DNA of 64,000 bases from Nitrospinaceae bacterium (lineage in GTDB: Bacteria; Nitrospinota; Nitrospinia; Nitrospinales; Nitrospinaceae): positions 1,184,001 to 1,248,000 of the forward strand of contig OZ245011.1 in NCBI GenBank assembly GCA_965223665.1. The letters run 5' to 3'. The translations under genes were made by a program, and so were the position numbers. Each line of letters starts with the position of its first letter. The stretch's first letter is position 1. Under the pieces are notes generated by a model. The model was given only the letters and a program-made list of their open reading frames with translations. It was not told the origin of the DNA and ran no database searches. Positions 33,564-44,285 of the stretch are shown here, in pieces.

Positions 33564-35129
33564 ATGTTTTTAACTTTTCTTACATTTTTACCTTTAGTGG
33601 GAGCAGTTGTTCTTGCTTTTATCCCAAGAGAGCATGAAGGTGCTATCAAACAAACTGCTTTAGCAGTTGCAATTGCGGACTTTCTTCTATCTCTGCAATT
33701 GTATGCTGACTTTGATACACACACCCATCTTATGCAATTCGAATTCAGTACTGTCTGGATTCGGGATTGGGGAATTAATTACCACGTAGGTATCGATGGA
33801 ATTTCCCTACTTCTATACATAATGACCACTTTCTTGACGGCCGTGTCGATTCTTGCCTCCTGGGAAGTAAAGAAATATGTAAAAGAATACATGATGGCCA
33901 TGCTGGCACTATCCACTGGCATGTTAGGGGTATTTATTTCCCTTGATCTTTTCATGTTTTATGTGTTTTGGGAATTACAGCTTGTTCCTATGTACATCAT
34001 TATTGGTGTTTGGGGCGGCCCCAGAAGAATTTACGCTGCGGTGAAGTTCTTTTTATATACCGCTGTTGGTTCTTTGCTTATGTTGGTGGCCATTATTTGG
34101 ATTTATTTCCATTTCCACGAAACAGTGGGTGTCTACACGACCGATTTAATGCTGATCACTAAACATTTAAATATTGATTTAGTATCGCAACAATGGTTGT
34201 TCCTGGCGTTTTTTCTAGCGTTTGCTATTAAAGTTCCCATGTTCCCATTTCACACCTGGCTTCCAGACGCACACGTAGAAGCACCTACAGCGGGTAGTGT
34301 AATATTAGCGGGTGTACTTTTGAAAATGGGAACCTACGGTTTTCTAAGGTTTAATTTACCCTTATTCCCTTTAGCAAGTCAGGAATTTTTACCAATGATT
34401 GGTATACTTTCAATCATTGGTATTATTTACGGAGCTTTAGTGGCTATGGTCCAGGAAGACATGAAAAAATTAGTTGCTTATTCCAGTGTAAGTCATCTTG
34501 GATTTGTTATGCTCGGAATTTTTGCTTTCAATCATTACGGTCTTCAAGGAGCTTTGTTACAAAATTTAAATCACGGAATCAGTACCGGGGCTCTCTTTCT
34601 AATGGTAGGAATGATTTATGATCGAAGACACACTCGACTTATTTCCGAGTTTGGAGGCCTGGCTAAGGTCATTCCCAAGTTTACAATTTGTTTTATGATT
34701 GTAACGCTTTCTTCTATAGGCCTACCCGGAACCAATGGTTTCGTCGGTGAATTTTTGGTGCTTTTGGGAATGTTCCAAACAGATTTAACCTTCGCTATTT
34801 TTGCAACCTCCGGAGTTATATTTGCTGCTTGTTATATGCTTTGGATGTTTCAACGCGTGATGTTTTTAGAATGTAAAAATCCTAAAAATTTAAAATTAAC
34901 GGATATGAATTTACGTGAAATGATCACCATAATCCCGTTGATTATTTTTATATTTTGGATTGGATTCTATCCAAAGCCTTTTACAAAAACATTTGATGCT
35001 TCCATTGAGCACTTAATTACTCAGGTAGAACCAAAAAATAAAAAGAAATCGGGGCACGAGCATGCCTCTAATGATAACAAAGTTAAAATTGCTGAAGCTC
35101 AACTAAAAGAAAGTCATAAATTAAATTAA
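33564..35129 (+). CDS. nuoM: NADH-quinone oxidoreductase subunit M
   Basis: [50 protein letters not shown]. Confidence 0.96.
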   Translation: MFLTFLTFLPLVGAVVLAFIPREHEGAIKQTALAVAIADFLLSLQLYADFDTHTHLMQFEFSTVWIRDWGINYHVGIDGISLLLYIMTTFLTAVSILASWEVKKYVKEYMMAMLALSTGMLGVFISLDLFMFYVFWELQLVPMYIIIGVWGGPRRIYAAVKFFLYTAVGSLLMLVAIIWIYFHFHETVGVYTTDLMLITKHLNIDLVSQQWLFLAFFLAFAIKVPMFPFHTWLPDAHVEAPTAGSVILAGVLLKMGTYGFLRFNLPLFPLASQEFLPMIGILSIIGIIYGALVAMVQEDMKKLVAYSSVSHLGFVMLGIFAFNHYGLQGALLQNLNHGISTGALFLMVGMIYDRRHTRLISEFGGLAKVIPKFTICFMIVTLSSIGLPGTNGFVGEFLVLLGMFQTDLTFAIFATSGVIFAACYMLWMFQRVMFLECKNPKNLKLTDMNLREMITIIPLIIFIFWIGFYPKPFTKTFDASIEHLITQVEPKNKKKSGHEHASNDNKVKIAEAQLKESHKLN

Positions 35130-35139
35130 TGAGGTTTTT

Positions 35140-36576
35140 GTGGATTTAATTCCTGCACCAGAAGTCGATTTAATAAGCTTAGCACCTGTTATAGTGCTAA
35201 GTGTTTTTTCCATGTTGATATTGATATTTGATTTATTTACGGGAAAAAACAAATCGGGTTTGGTCATCGTCAGTCTAACCGGACTATTGGTAGCAGCAGT
35301 GAGTGCCTTTGCGAAAGCTCCGGATATCCCAGTCTATTCTTTTAACCAAAGTTATGTGGTTGATCATTTGTCTTTATTCTTTACGATGATTTTTTGTATT
35401 AGCTCTGGGCTGGCCATCCTCATTTCAGTAGATTACAACAAACGTGAAAATATTCGGGTGGGTGAATATTATGCCCTGATTTTATTCTGTACCGTTGGCA
35501 TGATTGTCTTAGCATCGTCTACTGACCTCATCATGATTTTCCTAGGGATCGAGATTGTTTCCATCTGCCTTTACGTGTTGGCTGGGATTCGAAGAAGAGA
35601 CACTAAGTCAAACGAAGCTTCTTTAAAATATTTCCTCTTAGGAGCCTTTGCGACAGGTTTTTTACTCTATGGGATGACTCTGGTTTATGGAACCATTGGC
35701 ACCACCAAACTGAATAAAATTGCTTCTTTGCTGAATAGCGGAGAAGTCTTTGCTCAACCTTTATTAATGGCAGGAGTAATTCTTCTGGTAATTGGATTTG
35801 GGTTTAAGGTAGCTTCAGTTCCGTTTCATATGTGGGCACCTGATGTTTACCAGGGAGCTCCCACTCCAGTTACTGCATTTATGGCCGTTGGCCCGAAGGC
35901 CGCTTCAATTGCTGCTTTTTACAGGGTCTTTGCAGAGGGCATTCCTGAGCTTGCCTCTTCCTGGAACTTAATTTTAACCATTGTCGCGATAATCACTATG
36001 TTTGTTGGAAATCTGGGCGCCATAATGCAAACCAACATCAAACGATTATTGGCTTACTCAAGTATTTCTCATGTGGGATATATTCTAATTGCTGTCATTG
36101 CCAAGAATTCCATGGGTAGTGCCAGCATACTTTTCTATATGCTATCTTATGCATTTATGACATTCGGTGTTTTCGGAATTGTAATTTTGGTAGGAAAACA
36201 GGGAAATGAAAATCTCGAATTGGAGAACTATTCCGGACTTGGTTTTAAGCATCCTCTCTTAGCCCTCTCTATGACAATTTTTCTTTTGTCTTTAGGAGGA
36301 CTCCCTCCACTTGCTGGTTTTGTAGCTAAGTTTTATATTTTTCAGGCCGCATTAAATGAAGGTTTGGTATTCCTTGTTGTGGTTGCAGTATTAAATAGTG
36401 CCATTTCTTTTTACTACTACTTAAAGGTAATTGTTTTTATGTATATGAAAGAACCTCAACAAGAAATTCAATTATCATTAACTCCAGTAACTATTCTAGT
36501 TATAGTAATTGGTGTTATTGGAACCATTGAACTTGGTGTCTTCCCAGGACCCATAATTTCATTGGCAGGCCATTAA
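35140..36576 (+). CDS. nuoN: NADH-quinone oxidoreductase subunit N
   Basis: EASLKYFLLG, FKVASVPFHMWAPDVYQGAPT, KRLLAYSSI, GLPPLAGFVAK; GTG start with SD GAGG. Confidence 0.96.
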   Translation: MDLIPAPEVDLISLAPVIVLSVFSMLILIFDLFTGKNKSGLVIVSLTGLLVAAVSAFAKAPDIPVYSFNQSYVVDHLSLFFTMIFCISSGLAILISVDYNKRENIRVGEYYALILFCTVGMIVLASSTDLIMIFLGIEIVSICLYVLAGIRRRDTKSNEASLKYFLLGAFATGFLLYGMTLVYGTIGTTKLNKIASLLNSGEVFAQPLLMAGVILLVIGFGFKVASVPFHMWAPDVYQGAPTPVTAFMAVGPKAASIAAFYRVFAEGIPELASSWNLILTIVAIITMFVGNLGAIMQTNIKRLLAYSSISHVGYILIAVIAKNSMGSASILFYMLSYAFMTFGVFGIVILVGKQGNENLELENYSGLGFKHPLLALSMTIFLLSLGGLPPLAGFVAKFYIFQAALNEGLVFLVVVAVLNSAISFYYYLKVIVFMYMKEPQQEIQLSLTPVTILVIVIGVIGTIELGVFPGPIISLAGH

Positions 36577-36698
36577 ATAACCAACTGTATCCCATTCTGT
36601 AATCTCTACATAAAGTTGAGGAATATTGATTCCTAAACCATTTCTTCTTATAATGCATCTTCAGAATCCAATTAAGGCATATTTGTGAGGTTATTTTT

Positions 36699-37010
36699 AT
36701 GAAAATGCACCATATATCTCAAGAGCAGGTTGAATCTATTATGAAAAAGATTCAGGAAATAGTTGATACGGGAAATTATCCTCCAGAAACTATGGAAGAA
36801 ATTTTCAATCTTTCAGGGGTTGATGGGGCGAAATTTTTGGAATGCAAAAACCACCCTGCTCAAACAGATCAAGTTAATTTTGAATTAGATCCTAAACAAG
36901 GAATTCGCTTTTTTGATCCTTTTAATTTTTTCACAAACGGAATATATAAAACCATTGATGGATGGTCTGTGTGGACGGTTGACAATTTAAAAGAGCCCTG
37001 GAGTTATTGA
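36699..37010 (+). CDS. Hypothetical protein
   Basis: SD GAGG; fills the gap between nuoN and tatA; no recognisable motif. Confidence 0.65.
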   Translation: MKMHHISQEQVESIMKKIQEIVDTGNYPPETMEEIFNLSGVDGAKFLECKNHPAQTDQVNFELDPKQGIRFFDPFNFFTNGIYKTIDGWSVWTVDNLKEPWSY

Positions 37011-37060
37011 TACTCCTAGGGCTCTATTTCACACGGGAAAAACTTAAAAATCTATAATAC

Positions 37061-37444
37061 CTATGCTTTTTTCTGTGCCTGATCCTCTTGATCTTTTGTA
37101 AAGTCGTAACTACCTTTTCTAGGAAGAGTAGCGGTAAAGGCTTCGGCTTGCTCCCTCATGGCTTTATCTTTTGCTTCACCATCGGCTTGGGCTTTTTCCC
37201 TGGCCAACCGTTCCTTTTCCTCATCACTTAAATTTTCCTGCTCTAATTCACCAGCAGGTTGATTTTCTCCTTCGGCAACTGCCTCAGCGTTTTCCCCGGC
37301 TTCTTCCGCTTCTTTCATAGATGATTTGAAATTCTTAATACTTTGACCAAATGCAGAGCCTATTTGAGGCAATTTTCCTGCACCAAATATAATCATTATG
37401 ATGACCAATATGATCATCAATTCTGGAAAACCAATTCCCATCAT
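37061..37444 (-). CDS. tatA: Twin-arginine translocase TatA/E subunit with a long acidic tail
   Basis: GIGFPELMIILVIIMIIFGAGKLPQIGSAFGQSIKNFK; SD GGAGG. Confidence 0.92.
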   Translation of the reverse strand: MMGIGFPELMIILVIIMIIFGAGKLPQIGSAFGQSIKNFKSSMKEAEEAGENAEAVAEGENQPAGELEQENLSDEEKERLAREKAQADGEAKDKAMREQAEAFTATLPRKGSYDFTKDQEDQAQKKA

Positions 37445-37770
37445 TGTCGGTGTCCTCCCGTGTAAAAATCTGACCTTAGCAAAATTACCAAGGTAAACTC
37501 CAATGGATTTAATATCTTAGGTGGGCACAGTGTAGCCTTTTTTTAAAGGTAAATACAAGAAGAATTCACAAATTTTTTATATTTTTAAAAATATTTTTTT
37601 CTATCCATGTCTTTTTTAAAATTCGCTAGAATCCTAAACTAGTAATTATTTTTCAATAAGTTATATCTCTCTATCCATATGAAAAACTCTTTCCCTTTAA
37701 TATTAAAAATGCTATGGTTTAACCGATAATTTAGATTTTTGCTCTTTTTTCTTAAAAGGCTGACTTTTTT

Positions 37771-38706
37771 ATGAGTTCCATCCAATTAGCAGGCATTATT
37801 TTCGGAGGTATCCTTTTACTTGGTGCCTTTTTCGCCAGAATAAATGCCGCTACACGAGTTACCGCTATTGTTTTTGGATCCTTAATAGCGCTGGTTTCAC
37901 TGATTGGGCCTGAAAAAATTGCTTCCATAAAAGCGGGTGACGGAAGTATTGAATTAGCGACATATTCTGAAAATGATTTAAAAAATATTGAGTTAGCTTC
38001 TTTAGACCTAACCAATTCAACTGACAGTTCTCCACCCATAAAAGAAAATGAGCAGTTGGATAAGTTAATTAATAAAGCAAAAACCCGGTCCGATTCGAAA
38101 ATCAAATCCACTCCAGAGGATTTCCTACTATTGGCAACTGAAAAAGCTAAAAAGAACCAGATTGATCAAGCAATCAACTTAACTGAAAAAGGGCTCGCAC
38201 TAAAACCCCAAAATGCCCGAGTAAAAAAGACCTTGTTGAATAATTTAGGTGTTCTGTATACAAAAAAAAATAAACCACAAAACGCAGAAACTCAATTTCA
38301 AAAAGCTTTAGATTTAGACAAAAAAAATTCACGTGTCTTAAAAAACTTAGGGACGCTTCATCTTAAAACTCAGCAATTTGACAAAGCAGAAAAAGAGTTG
38401 AAGCAGGTAATTAAGCTAGACCCCAAAAAAGTTTCTACAAGAAAATCATTAGCAGAAGTTTATATTGCTAAAAAAGATTTTACGAAAGCTGAGACGCAAC
38501 TCAAAACTGTTGTCAAACAAGATCCAAATAATATTGAGGCACATTTAAAGTTAGGTGGGATCTACAAAAAACAGAACAATGTGGAAAAAGCTAAAACAGA
38601 ATACAAAAAAGTATTGGAAATTGACCCAAAACAAACTCAAGCATTAAAAAGCTTAAAAGTATTAAAAGCACCCCTTCAAAACTCTCTTAATTTCACCACA
38701 AGATAA
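37771..38706 (+). CDS. Membrane-anchored TPR protein
   Basis: Two N-terminal hydrophobic helices; about five 34-aa TPR units (e.g. LNNLGVLY..AETQFQKALDLD). Confidence 0.82.
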   Translation: MSSIQLAGIIFGGILLLGAFFARINAATRVTAIVFGSLIALVSLIGPEKIASIKAGDGSIELATYSENDLKNIELASLDLTNSTDSSPPIKENEQLDKLINKAKTRSDSKIKSTPEDFLLLATEKAKKNQIDQAINLTEKGLALKPQNARVKKTLLNNLGVLYTKKNKPQNAETQFQKALDLDKKNSRVLKNLGTLHLKTQQFDKAEKELKQVIKLDPKKVSTRKSLAEVYIAKKDFTKAETQLKTVVKQDPNNIEAHLKLGGIYKKQNNVEKAKTEYKKVLEIDPKQTQALKSLKVLKAPLQNSLNFTTR

Positions 38707-38942
38707 TCCTTCAAAAAACTATTCTTTTTAGGGACTTTTTTTATTTTGGATTCCTTCAAATCTTTTTAAAAACCACTAATTCAAAGAATTACAATTTTTT
38801 ATTTTTCCAAACAAAAAATATGATAAGGTGACAAATATTCCTTCACTAAAGGAGAGTTTTATTTTCCTTACATGATAGCAGATTTTCTTTTCTTAATATT
38901 CGCTTTGGTTATTTCGTATTATCTTCAACGGATTTCTTCAGC

Positions 38943-41678
38943 ATGAAGATTTTTAAACATTTTATTTTATTATCATCACTCATTTCAACCGGGTTGGTTT
39001 TAACCAACACTGGCTTCCCCCCTCAATCAAACCACAAGCAAATATCGAATCAAAATCAAATTTCTCGTCTTATTTTTTCACAAAATTTCATAATTGACAC
39101 AAACTCAAATTTTCGCATCAATAAAATTGATATAACCATACCGGATGTTGAAACAAAAGGCTCCAATTCTATCATTCAAAAACAGGAGGAGGAGTTTTTT
39201 GAACCTATTGAAGAAGTTACTGAAGACAAAATACTCTACCCTGAGGACTACCTTAACTCCGCTACACAGGCCTACATAGAACGAGATTGGGAAAAGACGA
39301 TTAAAGATGGAGTTGAAGGCTTAAAAATGAAGCCAAGGAACAGGGTGATTAAAGTTCGATTATTGAATTTAGTGGGAGTAGCTTTTAGCGAAAAAAAGGA
39401 TTTAGATTCGGCATTTAATTATTACAAACAAGCACTTATTGTCCATGAGGGATTTCCTCTCACCTACTACAATATCGGGAAACTTTTCCATGAACAAAAA
39501 TATTATGAAAAAGCAAAAATTGCTTATGAAAAATCACTTAGCCTTGACCCCAACTTTATTTATCCATTAAATGGATTGGGGAATCTATACCTTGAACAAG
39601 GAAAATTTTTAGAAGCAGAAGCCGCTTATAAGAACACAATTGAAATCAATCCCAAGTTTGCATACTCCTACAATGGCCTGGGAAATTTATATACGAAAAA
39701 GAAACATTTTGAAAAAGCAGAAGAATTTTATATAAAAGCCATAGAACTTGACCCTAAAAACCCGAACCCTATAAATGGTTTAGGAAATCTTTATGTAGAG
39801 CAAAAAAAATATGATGAAGCTGAGAAAACATACCAAAGGGCTATTGAATTAAACCCGAATTTTGTTCCTGCCTTATTTAATCTAGGTTTTCTTTACAAAG
39901 GAAAAAATCAATTTGAAGATGCTGAAAACTCATATTTAAAAGTTCTAGAATTTAAACCCCAATTTGCTCCTGCCCATTATCAATTAGCTAGACTTTACCA
40001 CCAAAAAAAGAACTTTCCTAAAAGTGAGCAATCCTACCTTAAAGCATTGGAATTAACCCCAAATGACTTTGCTACAGTTCAGGGACTTGCTAATCTTTAT
40101 ATGGAAAATTCAAATTTTGAAAAAGCAGAAACACATTTCAAAAAAGTCTTGGAGTTAAACTCTAAGTCAACCTCCGCTTTTTTTAATTTAGGAAAAATTT
40201 TTCAAAATAAAAATGATATTAAAAAAGCCGAAATTGCTTATTTAAAAACCGTAGAGTTAAATCCTAAACATATCGATGCTTTTTTCAGACTTGGAACCCT
40301 ATATAAGATCAACAAAGAATATCCAAATGCAATATCCGCATTTCAAAAGGTGGTTCAATTAGATCCAAGTTACATTGAGGCCTTCAATCAAATGGGATAC
40401 ATTTTTTTGGAGGTAAAGGAGCCGGTTAAAGCAGAAAGCGCTTTTCTTCAAGTCATAAGCTTGGACCCAAAATTTACTTCTGCCCATATGAACTTGGGTG
40501 ACATTTATAAAAATCATAAACAGTTTAAAAAAGCAGAATCTACTTACAAAAAAGTTATAGATTTGGACCCTTCTTCCGTTAAAGCTTATTACAGTCTTGG
40601 AAAGGTATATGCTGACCAAAATGAGGGAATTAAAGCTGAAATGGCTTTTCAAAAGGCTATTGACTTGAGCCCAAACTTTGCTTTACCTCACCTTCATCTA
40701 GGGGATTTATATTCAGATCAAAACCAAGTAGCGCGAGCAGAAGCTTCTTACGCAAAAGCTATTCACTTAAACCCGAACTTGGTACATGGTCATTTTAGTC
40801 TTGGAAAGATTTACGCGAATCAGAACGATTTACCAAAGGCTCTATCAGCATTTGAGAAAACTCTTGCCCTTAGCCCAAGCTTTGCATCTGTCTATGTAGA
40901 GCTTGGAAAAATTTATCAGAAACAAAATGATTTAAATAAGGCAGAAACAAGCTTTGCAAAAGCAATTTCACTTGACAGTAAAAATACTGAAGCTCATTTT
41001 AATTCAGGGAAAATTTATTGGCAAAAAAAAGACTACAAAAAAGCTCAACGGTCACTTGAGAGAACTCTAACCTTAGATCCAAAGCATGTTGAGGCCTATT
41101 CGAGTTTAGGAGCCTTGCACTTTAGTCAGGAAAATTTCCTTCAAGCTGAACTGGCTTATCTAAATGCAACTGAATTAGACCCAACCAACTCAAACGCATT
41201 TTTTAATTTGGGCGAAATTTACCGAAAGCTAAATAATAGTTCTACTGCTGAAACAGCTTACAAAAAAACCATTTCATTAGATCCAAATAACGTCGAGGCC
41301 TACTATAATCTAGGAAACCTTTATATTTCAAAGAAAGAGTTTGAGCAAGCAGAAAAAGTTTATATAAAAGCTATAGACCTAAACCCAAACTTTGTGAAAG
41401 CTCATAACAATTTAGGATATCTATATTTAGTTCAAAATAATTTTAGCGCAGCAGAAAAGCAATTTCGCGCAGCCTTAGAAATTCATCCGGATGATCCAAA
41501 TTTGATGGATAGCTTAGGAGATTTATTTATGAAACAAAAGAAATGGAAAGATGCTGAGAAAAGCTTCTCCAAAGCTTTGGAAATCAATCCCGAACTACCC
41601 GGAACTTTAGAAAAGCTTCAACATGTTCAAAAGGTACAAAACAAAATAGAAAATCAACAAGCCAAACACTCTTCCTAG
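38943..41678 (+). CDS. Large TPR-repeat protein (about 22 repeats) with an N-terminal signal/anchor
   Basis: Continuous 34-aa units such as NGLGNLY..AE..Y.KAIELNP. Confidence 0.9.
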   Translation: MKIFKHFILLSSLISTGLVLTNTGFPPQSNHKQISNQNQISRLIFSQNFIIDTNSNFRINKIDITIPDVETKGSNSIIQKQEEEFFEPIEEVTEDKILYPEDYLNSATQAYIERDWEKTIKDGVEGLKMKPRNRVIKVRLLNLVGVAFSEKKDLDSAFNYYKQALIVHEGFPLTYYNIGKLFHEQKYYEKAKIAYEKSLSLDPNFIYPLNGLGNLYLEQGKFLEAEAAYKNTIEINPKFAYSYNGLGNLYTKKKHFEKAEEFYIKAIELDPKNPNPINGLGNLYVEQKKYDEAEKTYQRAIELNPNFVPALFNLGFLYKGKNQFEDAENSYLKVLEFKPQFAPAHYQLARLYHQKKNFPKSEQSYLKALELTPNDFATVQGLANLYMENSNFEKAETHFKKVLELNSKSTSAFFNLGKIFQNKNDIKKAEIAYLKTVELNPKHIDAFFRLGTLYKINKEYPNAISAFQKVVQLDPSYIEAFNQMGYIFLEVKEPVKAESAFLQVISLDPKFTSAHMNLGDIYKNHKQFKKAESTYKKVIDLDPSSVKAYYSLGKVYADQNEGIKAEMAFQKAIDLSPNFALPHLHLGDLYSDQNQVARAEASYAKAIHLNPNLVHGHFSLGKIYANQNDLPKALSAFEKTLALSPSFASVYVELGKIYQKQNDLNKAETSFAKAISLDSKNTEAHFNSGKIYWQKKDYKKAQRSLERTLTLDPKHVEAYSSLGALHFSQENFLQAELAYLNATELDPTNSNAFFNLGEIYRKLNNSSTAETAYKKTISLDPNNVEAYYNLGNLYISKKEFEQAEKVYIKAIDLNPNFVKAHNNLGYLYLVQNNFSAAEKQFRAALEIHPDDPNLMDSLGDLFMKQKKWKDAEKSFSKALEINPELPGTLEKLQHVQKVQNKIENQQAKHSS

Positions 41679-41696
41679 GTTTCAATAACAAGACAC

Positions 41697-42344
41697 TTAT
41701 GCCTCTCTTAAAGCTTGAATGGCTTTTTTATAATCATCACTTTCAAAAATTGCGGAACCGGCGACTATAACATTTGCACCCGCTTTTTTGACTATTGCAG
41801 CATTCTCAGGTTTTACTCCTCCATCGACCTGCAAATCCATTTCAACACCAGATTCCTCTAACGTGTTTCTAAGCAATTGAATTTTTCCAAGAACTTGCTG
41901 AATAAAAGTCTGCCCTCCAAATCCGGGATTTACTGACATCAGCAAAATCATATCTACATCTTCTATTATTTCATCCAAACAAAAAATAGTCGTTCCGGGG
42001 TTTAAAACGACTCCCGCTTTTTTTCCAGCATTTTTTATTTGTTGAATAGTCCGGTGCAAATGCGGACACGCCTCAACATGCACTGAAATAATGTCTGCGC
42101 CAGCCTTAGCAAAATCATTTATATACTTGTCTGCATCTTCTATCATTAAATGGACATCCAAAGGAAGTTTGGTAATAGGTCGAATAGCTTCAACTACCAA
42201 AGGACCTACAGTTATATTGGGAACAAATTTACCATCCATCACATCCACATGAATCCAATCTGCTCCTGCTTCCTCAACCGCCTTGATTTCTTCGCCTAAT
42301 TTACTAAAATCGGCTGACAAAATAGATGGTGCAATCTTTACCAT
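41697..42344 (-). CDS. rpe: Ribulose-phosphate 3-epimerase
   Basis: [39 protein letters not shown]. Confidence 0.97.
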   Translation of the reverse strand: MVKIAPSILSADFSKLGEEIKAVEEAGADWIHVDVMDGKFVPNITVGPLVVEAIRPITKLPLDVHLMIEDADKYINDFAKAGADIISVHVEACPHLHRTIQQIKNAGKKAGVVLNPGTTIFCLDEIIEDVDMILLMSVNPGFGGQTFIQQVLGKIQLLRNTLEESGVEMDLQVDGGVKPENAAIVKKAGANVIVAGSAIFESDDYKKAIQALREA

Positions 42345-42526
42345 TTAAGCCTCTCAAATTAGTCAATTCATTTTTTCTAAAAAACTGGTTGAGAATAACA
42401 CAACCTATAGATACGAGCAATAACTTGAATATCCAGCTAATTACACCAAATATTTATGGGGAGTTTACTAGTCAAGAAGCAAGCCAGAACTTATAATGTG
42501 AATTAGAAAACATTAATGGACACTCC

Positions 42527-44281
42527 ATGCGCTCCCTTTACGACCATTTTTTATTAGAGATAAGAACCTTTTGGGGGAAAGAATACAACTTTCTAATTCT
42601 TGCTGCCATCATTGGTTTTTTTGCTGGAATGGCTTCCACCTTTTTTCGTTGGATGATTTCAGGTTGTGAGTGGCTATTCTCTGAAAAAGGAATGGCATTT
42701 TTTGGACTTTCTGGAAACTCCACTCTTTTTTTATTGCCCCTTATGCCTTTATTAGGTGGTTTAATAATTGGCATTTTATGGAAATATTTTCCCGAAGTAA
42801 TCGCAGAGAATGGTATTCACAAAGTCATCGAGGCCGTAGCCCTCAAAAATGGAAAAGTTAAACGACGGTCCCTTTTTGTTTGTGCAATTACCTCTTCAAT
42901 AACTATTGGTTCAGGTGGTTCTGCAGGAAGAGTCGGCCCCACCGTCCAAATATGCTCAGCCATCGGTTCTGCCATTGGACAATTTTTTAAATTATCAACG
43001 GAGCGTATTCGTGTTTTGGTCGGTTGTGGATCCGCAGCAGGAATCGCCGCCACATTTAACGCTCCTTTGGCGGGTGTATTGTTTTCTATGGAAATAATTC
43101 TTGGAGAGTTTACTATCCGCACTTTTAGTCCCATTATAATAGCTTCAGTAATAGGTACTGTTACGGGCCGCGCAATAGAAGGAAATGAACTTACTTTTCA
43201 AACACCACTTCACGAAATGGTCAGCCCGATTGAAATTATTTTCTATTTAATATTAGGTGTCATCTGTGGACATCTAGCCCGAGCTTATATCCATTCCTAT
43301 TTTTGGAGCCAAAAGTTTTTTTCTGAAAAAGTTCCCTTACCCATATGGGCTAAACCTGCACTAGGAGGGCTCATGGTGGGTTTAATTGCCATATTTCTTC
43401 CTCAAATCAAAGGAAATGGATTCCCCTTTATGGAACAAGCCCTAAATGGAAACATGATTTGGCAAATCACTTTCGCCTTAATTTTTTTTAAACTGATAGC
43501 TACAATTTTGTGTTTGGGATCAGGCGGTATAGGGGGAACCTTCGCACCTTCATTGTTTATAGGATCCATGCTAGGAGCAACATTTGGAACTCTTGTCCAT
43601 ACTATCTTCCCCTCGCTTACAGCGACTAGCGAATCTTATGCATTAGTAGGAATGGGGGCGGTAACAAGTGCCGTTCTTCAAGCTCCTTTGACTTGCATTT
43701 TAATCCTTTTCGAAATGACGAATGATTACACCATAATTCTCCCAATAATGGGCTGTTGCATAGTTTCAACTTACACATTAAGAAATTACAATAAAAACTC
43801 ACTCTACATTCAAAACTTAATTAATGATGGAATTAATATTCGTCACGGAAGAGCGGTCAGCATATTAAGCTCTATATATGTTAGAGATGTAATGAATAGT
43901 GAAGTAGTTACAATCCCCTCGACACTCGCCCTTCCTCAACTTAAGGATTTAGTCTCCAAAACCAATCACTCCTATTATCCAATAGTAGATACAGAGGAAA
44001 AGATGGTGGGAATTCTAACTTTTTCAGATCTTCGAGAAGTTGCTCTGTCTAAAGAAATCTCTCCTGAGACAACCGCTATTGATTTAGCGACCAAAGATGT
44101 CATGACCCTGACGCCCAATTACAATCTTCAAGAAACCATGGAAAAATTTACAGAGTTGGGCGTAGATCAACTTCCCGTAGTTCAAATAGGTGATAAACAA
44201 AAAATCATTGGTTTCATAAACCGATCAGATGTCCTTGCGGTTTATAACAGAGAAATATTAATACAAGGCGTTCAAAGTTGA
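42527..44281 (+). CDS. CLC-family anion channel/transporter with two C-terminal CBS domains
   Basis: GGSAGRVGPT, GIAATFNAPLAGVLF, GGTFAPSLFIG and APLT..LILFEMT motifs; CBS pair starts at VRDVM. Confidence 0.9.
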   Translation: MRSLYDHFLLEIRTFWGKEYNFLILAAIIGFFAGMASTFFRWMISGCEWLFSEKGMAFFGLSGNSTLFLLPLMPLLGGLIIGILWKYFPEVIAENGIHKVIEAVALKNGKVKRRSLFVCAITSSITIGSGGSAGRVGPTVQICSAIGSAIGQFFKLSTERIRVLVGCGSAAGIAATFNAPLAGVLFSMEIILGEFTIRTFSPIIIASVIGTVTGRAIEGNELTFQTPLHEMVSPIEIIFYLILGVICGHLARAYIHSYFWSQKFFSEKVPLPIWAKPALGGLMVGLIAIFLPQIKGNGFPFMEQALNGNMIWQITFALIFFKLIATILCLGSGGIGGTFAPSLFIGSMLGATFGTLVHTIFPSLTATSESYALVGMGAVTSAVLQAPLTCILILFEMTNDYTIILPIMGCCIVSTYTLRNYNKNSLYIQNLINDGINIRHGRAVSILSSIYVRDVMNSEVVTIPSTLALPQLKDLVSKTNHSYYPIVDTEEKMVGILTFSDLREVALSKEISPETTAIDLATKDVMTLTPNYNLQETMEKFTELGVDQLPVVQIGDKQKIIGFINRSDVLAVYNREILIQGVQS

Positions 44282-44285
44282 TTTT

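Noticed and set aside
37704-37729. Possible sigma28 promoter (TAAA-14 nt-ACCGATAA) before the TPR gene
   Set aside because: Spacing and -10 both deviate from consensus, and such matches are frequent in AT-rich DNA.
39400-41600. Periodic DNA similarity suggesting a repeat array or CRISPR
   Set aside because: The 102-nt period is explained by degenerate TPR coding repeats. There are no identical repeats with unique spacers and no cas genes.
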